Assembly: GCA_035945675.1 (NCBI GenBank)
Contig: DASZAB010000134.1
Location: forward strand, 9,932-73,931
From: Verrucomicrobiia bacterium
GTDB lineage: Bacteria; Verrucomicrobiota; Verrucomicrobiia; Limisphaerales; UBA11358
Direction of reading: 5' to 3'
Length of the DNA stretch: 64,000 nucleotides
Notes under the pieces: generated by a model
The model's input: the letters and a program-made list of their open reading frames with translations, nothing else
Told to the model about the DNA's origin: nothing
Database searches by the model: none
Program-made: the position numbers and the translations under genes
Shown here: positions 26,945 through 36,659 of the stretch, piece after piece
How positions within the stretch are numbered: the stretch's first letter is position 1
Layout: each line of letters begins with the position of its first letter

Positions 26945-28491
26945 AGAGCCGTTCAAAAAAAATTCTGCTGCTCGTGCTGGCGGCAGCGTTGCTGGCCGGT
27001 TCGGGCCAGATGCAAAAAGTCCTGAACCGCGACCGGGCGCAACTGGATCTGACGCGCACCACCCCGCTTAAAAGCGCGCCGCCGCTGCTGGCGTTCACCA
27101 CGGTGGCGCTGGGCGGTTTCCGGGGTTTGATTTCCAACTTCCTCTGGATTCGCGCCAATGACCTGCAACAGGCGGGCAAGTACTTTGAGATGGTGCAACT
27201 TGCCAGTTGGATCACGGATTTGGAACCGCACTACCCGCAGGTCTGGGCTTTTCAGGCCTGGAACATGGCCTGGAACATTTCGGTCAATTTCAAGGATTTT
27301 TCGGACCGCTGGCACTGGGTGGAGCGCGGGATGGAATTGCTGCGCGACGAAGGCCTGCGCTACAACCCCTACGAGCCGCTTCTTTACCAGCAGTTAAGCT
27401 GGATTTTTCAGAGCAAGATGGGGCAGAACATGGACGATGCCAATCTCTACTACAAGGAGCAGTGGGCGAATGAGATGATGCCGTTTTTCGGCCCGAACGG
27501 AACGAATTTTGACGAGTTGATTGATCCGCAGACCGCCGGGGCGAAGGCGCGCGCCAAATTGTTCCGCGAAAAATACAAAATGGATCCCGTTATCGCAAAA
27601 CAGGTTGATGAACAATGGGGGCCGCTGGACTGGCGCTTGCCGGAGGCAAGCGCGATTTATTGGGCCGCGCTCGGTCTGGAACAGGCAAAGCAACACCCCA
27701 GCAAGGTCAAGCAATCCGATTTGATGCAGCTCCGGCGTTCCATTTACCAATCCATGCTCCAGGCGCTGTATCATGGGCGGCTGGTCATCAATCCCTTCGA
27801 CAAATCTTACGACTATTATCCGGACCTCGACCTGGTTTCCAAGCTCAACGATGCCTACGACACCATGTACGCCGAAGAGCCCGACCCCGGTCAGAAGGAC
27901 AGCATCAAGCATGCGCAACGGAATTTTTTGCGGGATGCCGTTTATTTTCTTTACGAAGACAACCGCATTGCCGAGGCGGCCAAATGGTTCGCTTATCTCG
28001 GTCGTAACTTCCCCAACCAGCCTATCCTGGATAACGATCCCAATTCCTTGCCGTCGCAATTGACCCTCGACCAGTACGCCGTCGCGTGCGTGCAGGGAGA
28101 CGTCAAGGATATAGACCAGAACCGCACCCTGTCGGCGGTCGAAGGCTTGCTGGGCCGGGCCTATTACGAACTGGCCACGGGCGATGACAACCGCTACGCC
28201 GGCTTCAAGCTGCTCGCGAATAAAATTTACGACCGTTATTCGAAGCAGGTCGCCTCTTTTCAGGGGCAAGCGCGGGTCGGGCTGCCGCCGCTCGCCGACG
28301 TCAATCGCACGGTGCTCAATCAGCTGCTCGATCCGCAAAAAGGTTTGCCTTACGCAGCGCGCGCCGTGCTCCGCACGCAACTCCGCCTGCCGCCGGAAAC
28401 CGCTTCCACCAATACATCGCCGGCGGCGGCCGTTTCCACCAATTTGCCCGGAACCGGGGAGACGAACACCACCAGTTCCCTTGCCAAATAA
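26941..28491 (+). CDS. Membrane-anchored conserved hypothetical protein (516 aa), translationally coupled to the ABC permease
   Basis: Start chosen at MKSRSKKILLLVLAAALLAG (ATG 26941, signal/anchor). Helical, W/Y-rich body (FLWIRANDLQQAGKYFEMVQLASWITDLEPHYPQVWAFQAWNMAWN). No family recognised. Confidence 0.6.
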   Translation: MKSRSKKILLLVLAAALLAGSGQMQKVLNRDRAQLDLTRTTPLKSAPPLLAFTTVALGGFRGLISNFLWIRANDLQQAGKYFEMVQLASWITDLEPHYPQVWAFQAWNMAWNISVNFKDFSDRWHWVERGMELLRDEGLRYNPYEPLLYQQLSWIFQSKMGQNMDDANLYYKEQWANEMMPFFGPNGTNFDELIDPQTAGAKARAKLFREKYKMDPVIAKQVDEQWGPLDWRLPEASAIYWAALGLEQAKQHPSKVKQSDLMQLRRSIYQSMLQALYHGRLVINPFDKSYDYYPDLDLVSKLNDAYDTMYAEEPDPGQKDSIKHAQRNFLRDAVYFLYEDNRIAEAAKWFAYLGRNFPNQPILDNDPNSLPSQLTLDQYAVACVQGDVKDIDQNRTLSAVEGLLGRAYYELATGDDNRYAGFKLLANKIYDRYSKQVASFQGQARVGLPPLADVNRTVLNQLLDPQKGLPYAARAVLRTQLRLPPETASTNTSPAAAVSTNLPGTGETNTTSSLAK

Positions 28492-28532
28492 TTTTCGACG
28501 CCGCCCGCCGCCTCGCGTAGTTTGATCCGCCT

Positions 28533-30296
28533 GTGACGAAAAAACATTCCAGTGAACGCCCGCTTGCGGGGACAAGGCCACGTGGCAATAACCCGCTGCG
28601 GGTCGGCCTGATTTCGCTCGGTTGCGCCAAGAATCTCGTGGATGCCGAAATCATGCTTGGTTCGCTCCTGAAAAGCGGCGTGGAAATCACCAATGACGCC
28701 GCCCAGGCCGACGCCGTCATCGTCAACACCTGCTCATTCATCGACTCCGCGCAGGAGGAAAGCGTGGACGCCATCCTTGAATCCGCTGAAGTCCGCGAGG
28801 TGAACCATCGCGGCCAGGGCTTGATTGTCGCCGGCTGCCTGTCGCAGCGTTTCCGCGAGGAGCTGCCCAAACTCCTGCCCGAAGTGGATGCGTTCATGGG
28901 CATTGACCAGGTCGCGCAGGTCGCGGAGATCGTAAAGCAAGCAGTTCAAAACCGGCAAAACAAAATCGGCAAACATTCAACGTCCAACATTGAACGTCGA
29001 ACCTCAAAGGGAAAAATCACCGGACGATTGGCTGAATTGGAAAAAAAACGCGCCGATGGCGAATATGAAAAATCCGGGTCCGTCCGCCGTGCCGAAAAAG
29101 TTGGCAAAACCAAAACCGTCATCGTGCCGCCCTCGACCCTCGACTCTCAACCCTCGACCCTCCTGGATGTCAGCCGGCGCCCGACCTTTATCCCCGATTT
29201 TGCCACCCCGCGCTTCCGCCTGACGCCCAGGCACTTCGCCTACGTTAAAATCGCCGAGGGCTGCAACCATCCGTGCAGTTTTTGCATCATCCCGCGGATG
29301 CGCGGTTCGCACCGCAGCCGGCCACAGGCGGACATTGTCGCCGAGGCAAAGGCACTGCTCGCCGACGGCGTGAAGGAAATCAATCTGATTTCGCAGGACT
29401 CGACCTACTACGGACTCGATTTACGACCCGATCATTCGCGGGCAATTTCGTCGCCGGAGAAATTTTCCGCCGCTGCCGAATCGCTGGCCGCCGATGCCAC
29501 GACCATCTGCACGTTGCTGCGCGAGTTGAATTCACTGCCCGGCGATTTTTGGATTCGCCTGCTCTACACCCATCCGGCCCACTGGACAGACGAGCTCATC
29601 CGGACCATCGCCGAATGCCCGAAGGTCGCACGCTACGTGGACATCCCGCTTCAGCACATCCACGAAAACATGCTGGAACGGATGCGCCGCGAAACCTCAC
29701 AGCCATACATTGTGGATCTCATCCAACGCATCCGGGCCGGCGTGCCGGGGATCGCGTTGCGGACGACGTTCATTGTTGGTTTCCCGGGCGAAACCGGGGC
29801 GAGTTTTGAAGCGCTGCTCAACTTCATCCGCGAAACCAGATTTGAGCGGCTCGGTGTGTTCACCTATTCCAAAGAAGAGGGCACGCGCGCCGGCGCCATG
29901 GCCGGCCAGATTCCCGACAAAGTCAAGAGGCGCCGGCGCGAACTGGCCATGGCCGAACAGCACAAAATCGCCCGGCAAATTTGCGAATCCTTCGTCGGCC
30001 GCGAAATCAAAGTGCTCGTTGAAGGCAAAGCGGAGGCAAAACAGTTGCAGGCCGCGAAAGTCAGTTCCTGGGAGCACGGCCTCGTCCGCGAAGGTGATTC
30101 TCGACACTCGACACTCGACACTCGACACTTTTTAATGGCCCGAGGTCAGGCTGATGCGCCGGACATTGATGGGCGGGTTTATATCCGCGGCCGGTTGCCG
30201 ATTGGCGGATTTGCCCGCGTCAAAGTCATCGGCCACACGGATTACGATTTAGTTGCCGAACCGGTCTCTGCCGCCATACTGCGGCGGCCTAAATGA
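28533..30296 (+). CDS. rimO: Ribosomal protein S12 methylthiotransferase RimO (radical SAM MTTase) with large repeat-derived insertions
   Basis: GTG start. MTTase N-domain LISLGCAKNLVDAE. Radical SAM cluster CNHPCSFCIIP. C-terminal TRAM domain. An extra ~75-100 aa lies between the N-domain and the radical SAM core. Confidence 0.85.
   Translation: MTKKHSSERPLAGTRPRGNNPLRVGLISLGCAKNLVDAEIMLGSLLKSGVEITNDAAQADAVIVNTCSFIDSAQEESVDAILESAEVREVNHRGQGLIVAGCLSQRFREELPKLLPEVDAFMGIDQVAQVAEIVKQAVQNRQNKIGKHSTSNIERRTSKGKITGRLAELEKKRADGEYEKSGSVRRAEKVGKTKTVIVPPSTLDSQPSTLLDVSRRPTFIPDFATPRFRLTPRHFAYVKIAEGCNHPCSFCIIPRMRGSHRSRPQADIVAEAKALLADGVKEINLISQDSTYYGLDLRPDHSRAISSPEKFSAAAESLAADATTICTLLRELNSLPGDFWIRLLYTHPAHWTDELIRTIAECPKVARYVDIPLQHIHENMLERMRRETSQPYIVDLIQRIRAGVPGIALRTTFIVGFPGETGASFEALLNFIRETRFERLGVFTYSKEEGTRAGAMAGQIPDKVKRRRRELAMAEQHKIARQICESFVGREIKVLVEGKAEAKQLQAAKVSSWEHGLVREGDSRHSTLDTRHFLMARGQADAPDIDGRVYIRGRLPIGGFARVKVIGHTDYDLVAEPVSAAILRRPK
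28976..29001 (+). repeat. Short wobble-palindrome inside rimO
   Basis: TTCAACGTCCAAC-a-TTGAACGTCGAA. The arms are complementary apart from A:C oppositions on the + strand, which become G:U pairs on the - strand. Confidence 0.55.
29130..29163 (+). repeat. CCCTCGA(C) micro-tandem tract inside rimO
   Basis: CCCTCGACCCTCGACTCTCAACCCTCGACCCTCC, translated PSTLDSQPSTLL. Confidence 0.6.
30100..30129 (+). repeat. Perfect (CTCGACA)x4 heptamer tandem repeat inside the rimO TRAM region
   Basis: CTCGACA CTCGACA CTCGACA CTCGACA CT, translated SRHSTLDTRHF. Confidence 0.85.
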
Positions 30297-31741
30297 GTAA
30301 ACCATCCAAATCACAATGGGACTTCGGTGAGTTGTTTCCAACAGAAGCAACGCGAAAAGTTTTATCCGTCTCGGAATTGACGGCGCAGGTCAAGCGGTTG
30401 CTGGAAAAACAGGTCGGCTCGGTCTGGGTGACGGGCGAGGTCACCAACCTGCGCGCGCAGAGTTCCGGCCACATGTACTTCACACTCAAGGATGCCGAGG
30501 CACAATTGAACTGCGTTCTGTTCCGGGGCGAGGCGGTGATGAACCGCAGTGCGTTGCAGGACGGCCAAAAGGTTCTCCTGCAAGGCGATGTGACGGTTTA
30601 TGAGGCGCGCGGCCAATACCAGCTCATTGTGCGAGCGGTCGAGTTGCAAGGCGTCGGCGCGCTGCAAATCGCCTTTGAGAAGCTCAAACAAAAGCTGGCC
30701 GCGGAAGGATTATTCGCACCGGAACGGAAGCGTCCGTTGCCGAAATATCCGCAACGCATCGGCCTGGTCACGTCGCCGACCGGCGCGGCGATTCACGACG
30801 TGCTGCACGTCGTGCAACGGCGGAATCCGGCGCTGGAAATCATCCTCGCGCCATGCCGCGTGCAAGGCGACGGCGCGGCAGCGGAAATCGCGGCGGCCAT
30901 CCGGCTGCTCAACGAATTCAATTCCCGTGGCAGCGGACGTCAGTCTGCTCCATCTGAACGTGAGAGCCGACGCACGTCGGCTGCTACAACAGAAATAGAC
31001 TTAATCCTGGTGACGCGCGGCGGCGGTTCGCTGGAAGATTTGTGGGCGTTCAACGAGGAAGCCGTGGCGCGGGCAATTTTTGAGTCGACCATTCCCGTGG
31101 TGTCGGCGGTCGGGCATGAAATTGATTTCACCATCATCGATTTTGTGGCGGATGTACGAGCGGCCACACCGAGCGCAGCGGCGGAAATCGTTACCGAAGG
31201 CGTATTCGCCAGCCGCGAGTTCGTGGCCGAAGCACCGGGCGTGCTGCAGCGAATCGTCCGGCAACGGCTGGAAGGTGTCACCGCGGAATTCGAGCAGCTC
31301 CAGGGCCGGTTGACGCGGGCGCATCCCCGCCGGCGATTGAATGAATTCCTGCAACGGCTGGACGATTTGCATTCCGGCCTGTTGCGTTGCGCAAAACAGG
31401 GAGCCAAAGGGCGGCAGCTGGCCTGGCATAATCTGGCCACGCGGCTTTTGCGCGTGCGCCCGGCGCATTTGTTGAAGCAACGGCGCGAGCTGTTGCAGGC
31501 GACCCGGCACCGCCTGAGCGAACTGACGCAAGGCCATTGGCGAACGTGGCAAAATCGTTTCCACGCCACGGAGGCGCGGCTGCGTTTGCTCGGTCCGGAG
31601 CAGGTCTTATCACGCGGCTATTCCATCACGACGGACGCCGTGACGGGAACGGTTTTGCGCGAAGCCGCCAAAGTCAAAACCGGTCAACGCTTAAAAACGC
31701 GGCTAAAAACCGGCGAAATCTTCAGCCGGACCGAGGAATAA
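30293..31741 (+). CDS. xseA: Exodeoxyribonuclease VII large subunit
   Basis: OB-fold N-terminus (VWVTGEVTNL...SGHMYFTLKD). RGGGSLEDLWAFNEE motif. Start overlaps the rimO stop (ATGA). Confidence 0.9.
   Translation: MSKPSKSQWDFGELFPTEATRKVLSVSELTAQVKRLLEKQVGSVWVTGEVTNLRAQSSGHMYFTLKDAEAQLNCVLFRGEAVMNRSALQDGQKVLLQGDVTVYEARGQYQLIVRAVELQGVGALQIAFEKLKQKLAAEGLFAPERKRPLPKYPQRIGLVTSPTGAAIHDVLHVVQRRNPALEIILAPCRVQGDGAAAEIAAAIRLLNEFNSRGSGRQSAPSERESRRTSAATTEIDLILVTRGGGSLEDLWAFNEEAVARAIFESTIPVVSAVGHEIDFTIIDFVADVRAATPSAAAEIVTEGVFASREFVAEAPGVLQRIVRQRLEGVTAEFEQLQGRLTRAHPRRRLNEFLQRLDDLHSGLLRCAKQGAKGRQLAWHNLATRLLRVRPAHLLKQRRELLQATRHRLSELTQGHWRTWQNRFHATEARLRLLGPEQVLSRGYSITTDAVTGTVLREAAKVKTGQRLKTRLKTGEIFSRTEE
30927..30987 (+). 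repeat. Twin-hairpin element (GTAGCAGC...GCTGCTAC family), copy 2, in frame in xseA
   Basis: GTGGC-AGCGGAC-gtca-GTCTGCT-C ... G-AGCCGAC-gcac-GTCGGCT-GCTAC. The spacer is 13 nt rather than 23. Confidence 0.8.
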
Positions 31742-31805
31742 AAACGCGTGATGCGGACCCGACTCCAAGCTGGACGCATGCAGCGGCTTATTTTATCCTG
31801 CCGAC

Positions 31806-32066
31806 ATGTCAAAACCAGCCAAGGCCGAGGCCGCCAGGGGCAGCCTGCCGTTTGAGGATGCCTTGAAGAAGCTCGAAGGGATCGTCGAGGCGATGGAGTC
31901 CGAGGATTTATCTCTGGAAGCCTTGCTGGCCCGCTATGAAGAAGGCACCCGGCTCGCGAAAATCTGCCAGGAAAAGCTGGCCGAGGCGGAATTGAAAATC
32001 CGGCAATTGGAGAAGGATGCGGCGGGCGAAATGAAGTTGAAACCGTTTGAGGGAGAAAGTGAATGA
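31806..32066 (+). CDS. xseB: Exodeoxyribonuclease VII small subunit
   Basis: 86 aa. FEDALKKLEGIVEAMESEDLSLEALLARYEEGTRL is the canonical XseB helix pattern. Sits next to xseA. Confidence 0.85.
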   Translation: MSKPAKAEAARGSLPFEDALKKLEGIVEAMESEDLSLEALLARYEEGTRLAKICQEKLAEAELKIRQLEKDAAGEMKLKPFEGESE

Positions 32067-32150
32067 GTTAAATAAGTAATTGGTTAAATGAGTCTGGTCG
32101 GTCATTCGTTTAACCCCTTTAACCAGTGACTCATTTAACTGATTGAACCA
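32064..32150. repeat. Palindromic element between xseB and dxs
   Basis: Perfect 12-bp inverted repeat GTTAAATGAGTC (32083-32094) / GACTCATTTAAC (32128-32139), with additional TTAAA(T/C)-rich flanks. Confidence 0.7.
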
Positions 32151-32156
32151 ACAATT

Positions 32157-34145
32157 ATGAGCCGATATCTCGACATGGTGGACGGACCGGAACACGTGAA
32201 GAAACTCACGTTGCCGCAACTGCAGGAACTGGCCGGCGAAATCCGGCAGGACCTCATCTCGGTGCTGGCCCGGAACGGCGGGCACCTCGGCCCGAACCTC
32301 GGCGTCGTCGAACTGACCCTCGCACTCCACCGCGTTTTTAACACGCCCAAGGACAAGTTTGTCTGGGACGTGAGCCACCAGGTTTATGTGCACAAACTGC
32401 TGACCGGCCGCAAAAGCCGTTTCCCGGCGATCCGCCAGACCGGCGGCCTGAACGGGTTCGCGTTGCGAACGGAGAGTGAGCACGATTGCTATGGCGCCGG
32501 CCATGCGGGCACGGCGCTCTCGGCGGCGCTCGGCATGGCGGCGGCGCGCGACAAACGCGGCACCGATGAAAATGTTGTCTGCATTTTCGGCGACGCGGCG
32601 CTGACCAACGGCATCTCCTACGAGGCGCTCAACAACATCAGCCACACGACGAAAAAGTTCATCGGCATCCTCAACGACAACGAATGGAGCATTGCCAAGA
32701 ACGTCGGCGCGATTTCGAATTACCTCAACAAGCTCATCACCAACCCGCGTTACAACAAGCTGGCCACGGATTTCCAAAATTTCCTGCGGCGGTTTCCCAA
32801 GGGCGAGGTTGCCATCAAGCTCGCCCGCAAGGCCGAGGAAGGTTTCAAGGGCGCCATCACCGACGTCGGATTGCGGCAGACCGGCAACCCGGTGGACGCG
32901 GATGGCCGCGGCGGTTACGGCAGCCCGGTTATTTTCGAGGAACTGGGCATCCGCTACCTGGGGCCGATCAACGGACACGACCTGCCGCTGCTGATCAGCA
33001 CGCTGGAATTTGCCAAAACGTGTAATCATCCCATTGTTATCCACATCCTCACGCAAAAGGGCAAAGGCTTTGAAGCCGCCATCAAGTTCCCGGAAAAGTT
33101 CCATGGCACCGGCCCTTATGACATGAAAACGGGTGATTCCCTGCCCGCCAAGGCCGGCGCGCCGCCGATGTATCAGGACGTCATGGGGCAAACGCTGGTG
33201 AAGCTTTGCCAAAAGGACAACACGCTCGTCGGCATCACCGCCGCCATGCCCAGCGGCACCGGCATGAAACACCTGGAAAAGGCGATGCCCGACCGTTACT
33301 ACGACGTGGGCATCGCCGAGGAACACGCCGTCATTTTTGCCGCCGGCATGGCGACCATGGGATTCCATCCGGTCTGCGCGATTTATTCGACCTTTCTCCA
33401 ACGCGCCTACGATTGCCTTCACCACGACATTTGCCTCCAGAATCTGCCGGTGATTTTCTGCATGGACCGAGCCGGTCTTTCCGCCAATGACGGTCCGACG
33501 CACCACGGCCTGTTCGACATCGCGTACCTGCGTTGCCTGCCGAATGTCATCGCCATGGCGCCGAAGGACGAGGACGAGCTGGCAGATATGATGTTCACCG
33601 CCACGCACCAGAATCACCCCTCCTTCATCCGCTATCCCCGCGGCGCGGCGGAAGGCGTGCCGGTCAAGGAACAGCCGAAGCTGCTCGAAGTCGGCAAGGC
33701 GGAAGTCGTCCAGAACTTTTCCAGCACCGGCGGACGCAAGGTTGCCTTGTTCGGCCTGGGCCCGTTGAACACCCTCGCGCGCAAAGCGGCCGAGCAGCTT
33801 GTGGCGGAAGGCTTCGATTGTGCCGTCATCAATCCGCGCTTTACGAAACCGCTGGATGCCGGCACGCACGAATTTTTCGGCAAGGCAGCCGACGTGATTG
33901 TGACGTTGGAAGACCACGCGTTGATGGGTGGTTACGGTTCGGCGGTGCTGGAACTGTTCAGTGAAATAGGCGTGACCACGCCCGTCGTTCGCATCGGCTG
34001 GCCGGACCAGTTCATCGAGCACGCCACGACGCAGGAGGAACTTCGTCGGAAATACGGCCTGACGGTGGAGAACACCGTGGCCAGGGTGAAGGCGCAATTC
34101 GATGAAACTGCGACGAAAGTGACGAAGCTGATTGAGGTGGCCTGA
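32157..34145 (+). CDS. dxs: 1-deoxy-D-xylulose-5-phosphate synthase
   Basis: [21 protein letters not shown]-binding [22 protein letters not shown]. Full length, 662 aa. Confidence 0.95.
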   Translation: MSRYLDMVDGPEHVKKLTLPQLQELAGEIRQDLISVLARNGGHLGPNLGVVELTLALHRVFNTPKDKFVWDVSHQVYVHKLLTGRKSRFPAIRQTGGLNGFALRTESEHDCYGAGHAGTALSAALGMAAARDKRGTDENVVCIFGDAALTNGISYEALNNISHTTKKFIGILNDNEWSIAKNVGAISNYLNKLITNPRYNKLATDFQNFLRRFPKGEVAIKLARKAEEGFKGAITDVGLRQTGNPVDADGRGGYGSPVIFEELGIRYLGPINGHDLPLLISTLEFAKTCNHPIVIHILTQKGKGFEAAIKFPEKFHGTGPYDMKTGDSLPAKAGAPPMYQDVMGQTLVKLCQKDNTLVGITAAMPSGTGMKHLEKAMPDRYYDVGIAEEHAVIFAAGMATMGFHPVCAIYSTFLQRAYDCLHHDICLQNLPVIFCMDRAGLSANDGPTHHGLFDIAYLRCLPNVIAMAPKDEDELADMMFTATHQNHPSFIRYPRGAAEGVPVKEQPKLLEVGKAEVVQNFSSTGGRKVALFGLGPLNTLARKAAEQLVAEGFDCAVINPRFTKPLDAGTHEFFGKAADVIVTLEDHALMGGYGSAVLELFSEIGVTTPVVRIGWPDQFIEHATTQEELRRKYGLTVENTVARVKAQFDETATKVTKLIEVA

Positions 34146-34149
34146 TGGT

Positions 34150-34300
34150 CCTCCCTCATCCCGGCCTTCTCCCCAGGGAGAAGGAGAAACGTTTGCCGCC
34201 GCTTTGGAAATCTGCGCGACTGGATTTTGCCAAACTGTCATCCGCAAAGCGAGGAGCGGCCGATTGCTGTTCCTTCTCCTGGTGGAGAACGTCAGGTTGA
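34150..34300. repeat. Long GC-rich hairpin element(s) between dxs and icd
   Basis: Perfect hairpin CCTTCTCCCCagGGAGAAGG (34165-34184). A related arm TTCCTTCTCCTGGTGGAGAA lies at 34270-34289. Confidence 0.55.
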
Positions 34301-34386
34301 GGGCGGGCGTTCATCTCTCAATCAAATCAGTTTCTTTCCTTGCTTTCCTTGGTTTTCGACTTGATTCTACGCACCTTAAGGTTTTG

Positions 34387-34412
34387 AAAATCGTACATCG
34401 TAAATCATCAAT
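34387..34412 (+). repeat. AATCGTAAAT-type leader element upstream of icd
   Basis: AAAATCGTACATCGTAAATCATCAAT, 8 nt before ATG 34420. Confidence 0.65.
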
Positions 34413-34419
34413 TCCGACC

Positions 34420-35685
34420 ATGGCCTATAAAGACGTGACGCCGCCCGCGGGCGGGAAAATTTCAATCCAAAACGGCAAACTGAACGTACCGGATAACCCA
34501 ATTCTCCCGTTCATTCGCGGTGACGGTACCGGGCCGGACATCTGGGCGGCCAGTGTGCGCGTGTTTGACGCGGCGGTGCAAAAGGCTTACGGCGGCAAGC
34601 GCAAGGTCGCCTGGTTTGAAGTGTTCGCCGGCGAGGCCGCCAAGAATAAATTCGACAACTGGCTGCCCGACGACACCGTCGAGGCGTTCAAGGAATACCT
34701 CGTCGGCATCAAAGGCCCGCTCACCACGCCGGTCGGCGGCGGCATCCGCTCGCTCAATGTTGCGCTTCGCCAGATGCTCGACCTCTACGTCTGCCTGCGC
34801 CCGGTGCAGTATTTTCAAGGCGTGCCGTCACCGGTGAAACATCCCGAAAAAGTCAACATGGTCATCTTCCGCGAAAATACGGAGGACATTTACGCGGGCA
34901 TTGATTTCGAGGCCGGCAAGGAAGCGGCGCTCAAGACCGTTGAATTTCTCAAGGCGAACTTTCCCAGGGATTTCAAAAAGATCCGTTTCGGTGAAACGCC
35001 GGATGTGATCGGCGTCGGCATCAAACCCGTGTCGAAGACCGGCACCCAGCGCCTGATGCGTTCGGCCATCCAATACGCCATCGCGCAGAAGAAGAAGTCG
35101 GTGACGATTGTCCACAAGGGCAACATCATGAAATACACCGAAGGTGCGTTTCGTGATTGGAGCTATGAGCTGGCGAAGAGTGAATTTGGCGCCGTGGAGA
35201 CGGACGGCGGTCCGTGGTGCAAAATTCCCGAGGGCAAACCCGGCGCAGGTCTGGTCATCAAGGATGCCATCGCCGACATCACGCTCCAGCAGGTGCTCAC
35301 GCGCCCGACGGACTTCGACGTCATCGCCACGCTGAATCTGAACGGCGATTACCTGAGCGACGCGCTGGCGGCACAGGTGGGCGGCATCGGCATCGCGCCC
35401 GGCGGCAACATCAATTACATCAGCGGCCACGCGATTTTTGAGGCCACGCACGGGACGGCGCCCAAATACGCGAACAAGGACGTGGTGAATCCCGGTTCGG
35501 TGGTGCTTTCCGGCGAAATGATGTTCCGTTATCTGGGCTGGATCGAGGCCGCGGGTTTGATTCTCAAGGGCTTGAACGGCGCAATCGCCAGCCGTCGTGT
35601 GACCTACGATTTCGCGCGCCTGATGGAAGGCGCGACGGAAATCAAATGTTCGCAATTCGGGGATAACATCATTTCCCACATGTAA
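34420..35685 (+). CDS. icd: NADP-dependent isocitrate dehydrogenase (prokaryotic dimeric type)
   Basis: Start at [74 protein letters not shown]. Confidence 0.93.
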   Translation: MAYKDVTPPAGGKISIQNGKLNVPDNPILPFIRGDGTGPDIWAASVRVFDAAVQKAYGGKRKVAWFEVFAGEAAKNKFDNWLPDDTVEAFKEYLVGIKGPLTTPVGGGIRSLNVALRQMLDLYVCLRPVQYFQGVPSPVKHPEKVNMVIFRENTEDIYAGIDFEAGKEAALKTVEFLKANFPRDFKKIRFGETPDVIGVGIKPVSKTGTQRLMRSAIQYAIAQKKKSVTIVHKGNIMKYTEGAFRDWSYELAKSEFGAVETDGGPWCKIPEGKPGAGLVIKDAIADITLQQVLTRPTDFDVIATLNLNGDYLSDALAAQVGGIGIAPGGNINYISGHAIFEATHGTAPKYANKDVVNPGSVVLSGEMMFRYLGWIEAAGLILKGLNGAIASRRVTYDFARLMEGATEIKCSQFGDNIISHM

Positions 35686-35733
35686 ACGGCGAAGACAAAA
35701 ATTGAAACTGTCAGTTCGACGGGCGGGCCCCCA

Positions 35734-36657
35734 ATGGTTCGCCCGTTGCGTTTTGGTCGGATGACCTGGATTGAAGCCAGCCTGGTATCGGCGCTGTTCC
35801 TGGGCGTGTATGATCTTTGCATCAAGCACGCCATCCGGGACAACGCCGTGCTGCCGGTGCTGTTCCTGAGTACGTTGACCGGTGCGGCAGCATGGACGGC
35901 GCTGCTGTTCGTGCAAGAGGCACACCCGGGACTGCTGCCGGCGGCATTGGTTCCCGACCCGCTGACGCCGGGGCAGCACCTGCAATTGCTGCTGAAGTCG
36001 GCCATCGTCACGGCCTCGTGGATTTTCACCTACTTCGGACTGAAACATCTGCCGCTGTCCCTCGCTTCACCCATTCGCGCGACGTCGCCGTTATGGACAT
36101 TGGCGGGTGCGCTGCTGATTTTGGGCGAACGTCCGACCGGGCTGCAATTGCTGGGCATCATCACAACGCTGGCTTCCTTCGTGGGACTTTCCGTTGCTGG
36201 CCGGCTGGAGGGAGTGCATTTTCATCGGAACAAATGGGTTTGGTTCCTGATGGCCGGCACGGTCCTGGGCGGGGTGAGCTCGCTGTACGATAAATATCTG
36301 CTGGGCCGGGCGCACTTTTCGGTGCCGACCGTGCAGGCATGGTTTTCCATTTATCTGGTGGTGTTGTTTACACCGTTCGCCATCGGCTGGCATCGGCGCT
36401 GGTGGGAGCGCAACGAGTTCCGCTGGCGTTGGAGCATCCCGGCCATCGCGCTGGCGTTGCTGGCGGCGGATTACGTCTATTTCGGCGCGCTGCGGCATCC
36501 GCACGCGCTGGTGTCGGTGGTGATGAGCCTGCGGCGAGGCAGCACGCTGGTGGCATTTGCGGGCGGGCTGTTGTTGTTTGGCGAGCGAAGCCACTGGCAG
36601 AAAATCGCCGCGGTCCTCGGCATTCTGGCCGGCATCGTGCTCACGGTGACAGGATGA
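35734..36657 (+). CDS. EamA/DMT-family transporter
   Basis: About 10 TM helices in two EamA-like halves. 307 aa. Confidence 0.7.
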   Translation: MVRPLRFGRMTWIEASLVSALFLGVYDLCIKHAIRDNAVLPVLFLSTLTGAAAWTALLFVQEAHPGLLPAALVPDPLTPGQHLQLLLKSAIVTASWIFTYFGLKHLPLSLASPIRATSPLWTLAGALLILGERPTGLQLLGIITTLASFVGLSVAGRLEGVHFHRNKWVWFLMAGTVLGGVSSLYDKYLLGRAHFSVPTVQAWFSIYLVVLFTPFAIGWHRRWWERNEFRWRWSIPAIALALLAADYVYFGALRHPHALVSVVMSLRRGSTLVAFAGGLLLFGERSHWQKIAAVLGILAGIVLTVTG

Positions 36658-36659
36658 TT

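Noticed and set aside
30100-30129. I checked whether the many short direct repeats (here, at 29130-29163, at 56221-56262 and in the 52858-52950 arms) could be a CRISPR array.
   Set aside because: The repeat units are 6-8 nt and strictly tandem or inverted. There are no 25-40 nt repeats separated by unique spacers, and no cas genes are present in the window.
31908-34247. A 779-aa ORF on the minus strand, and similar long ORFs at 3953-5500(+), 7745-9178(+), 17099-18040(-), 22787-23905(-), 24259-25482(-), 27394-28581(-), 34828-36048(-), 37567-39891(+), 61368-62816(-) and 63063-63953(-).
   Set aside because: All are antisense to genes with unmistakable conserved motifs (dxs, GH1, P-type ATPase, ABC ATPase, icd, secA, NtrC, squalene synthase and others). 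Their translations are Arg/Gly/His/Ala-rich with no motifs. These are typical shadow ORFs of a high-GC genome.
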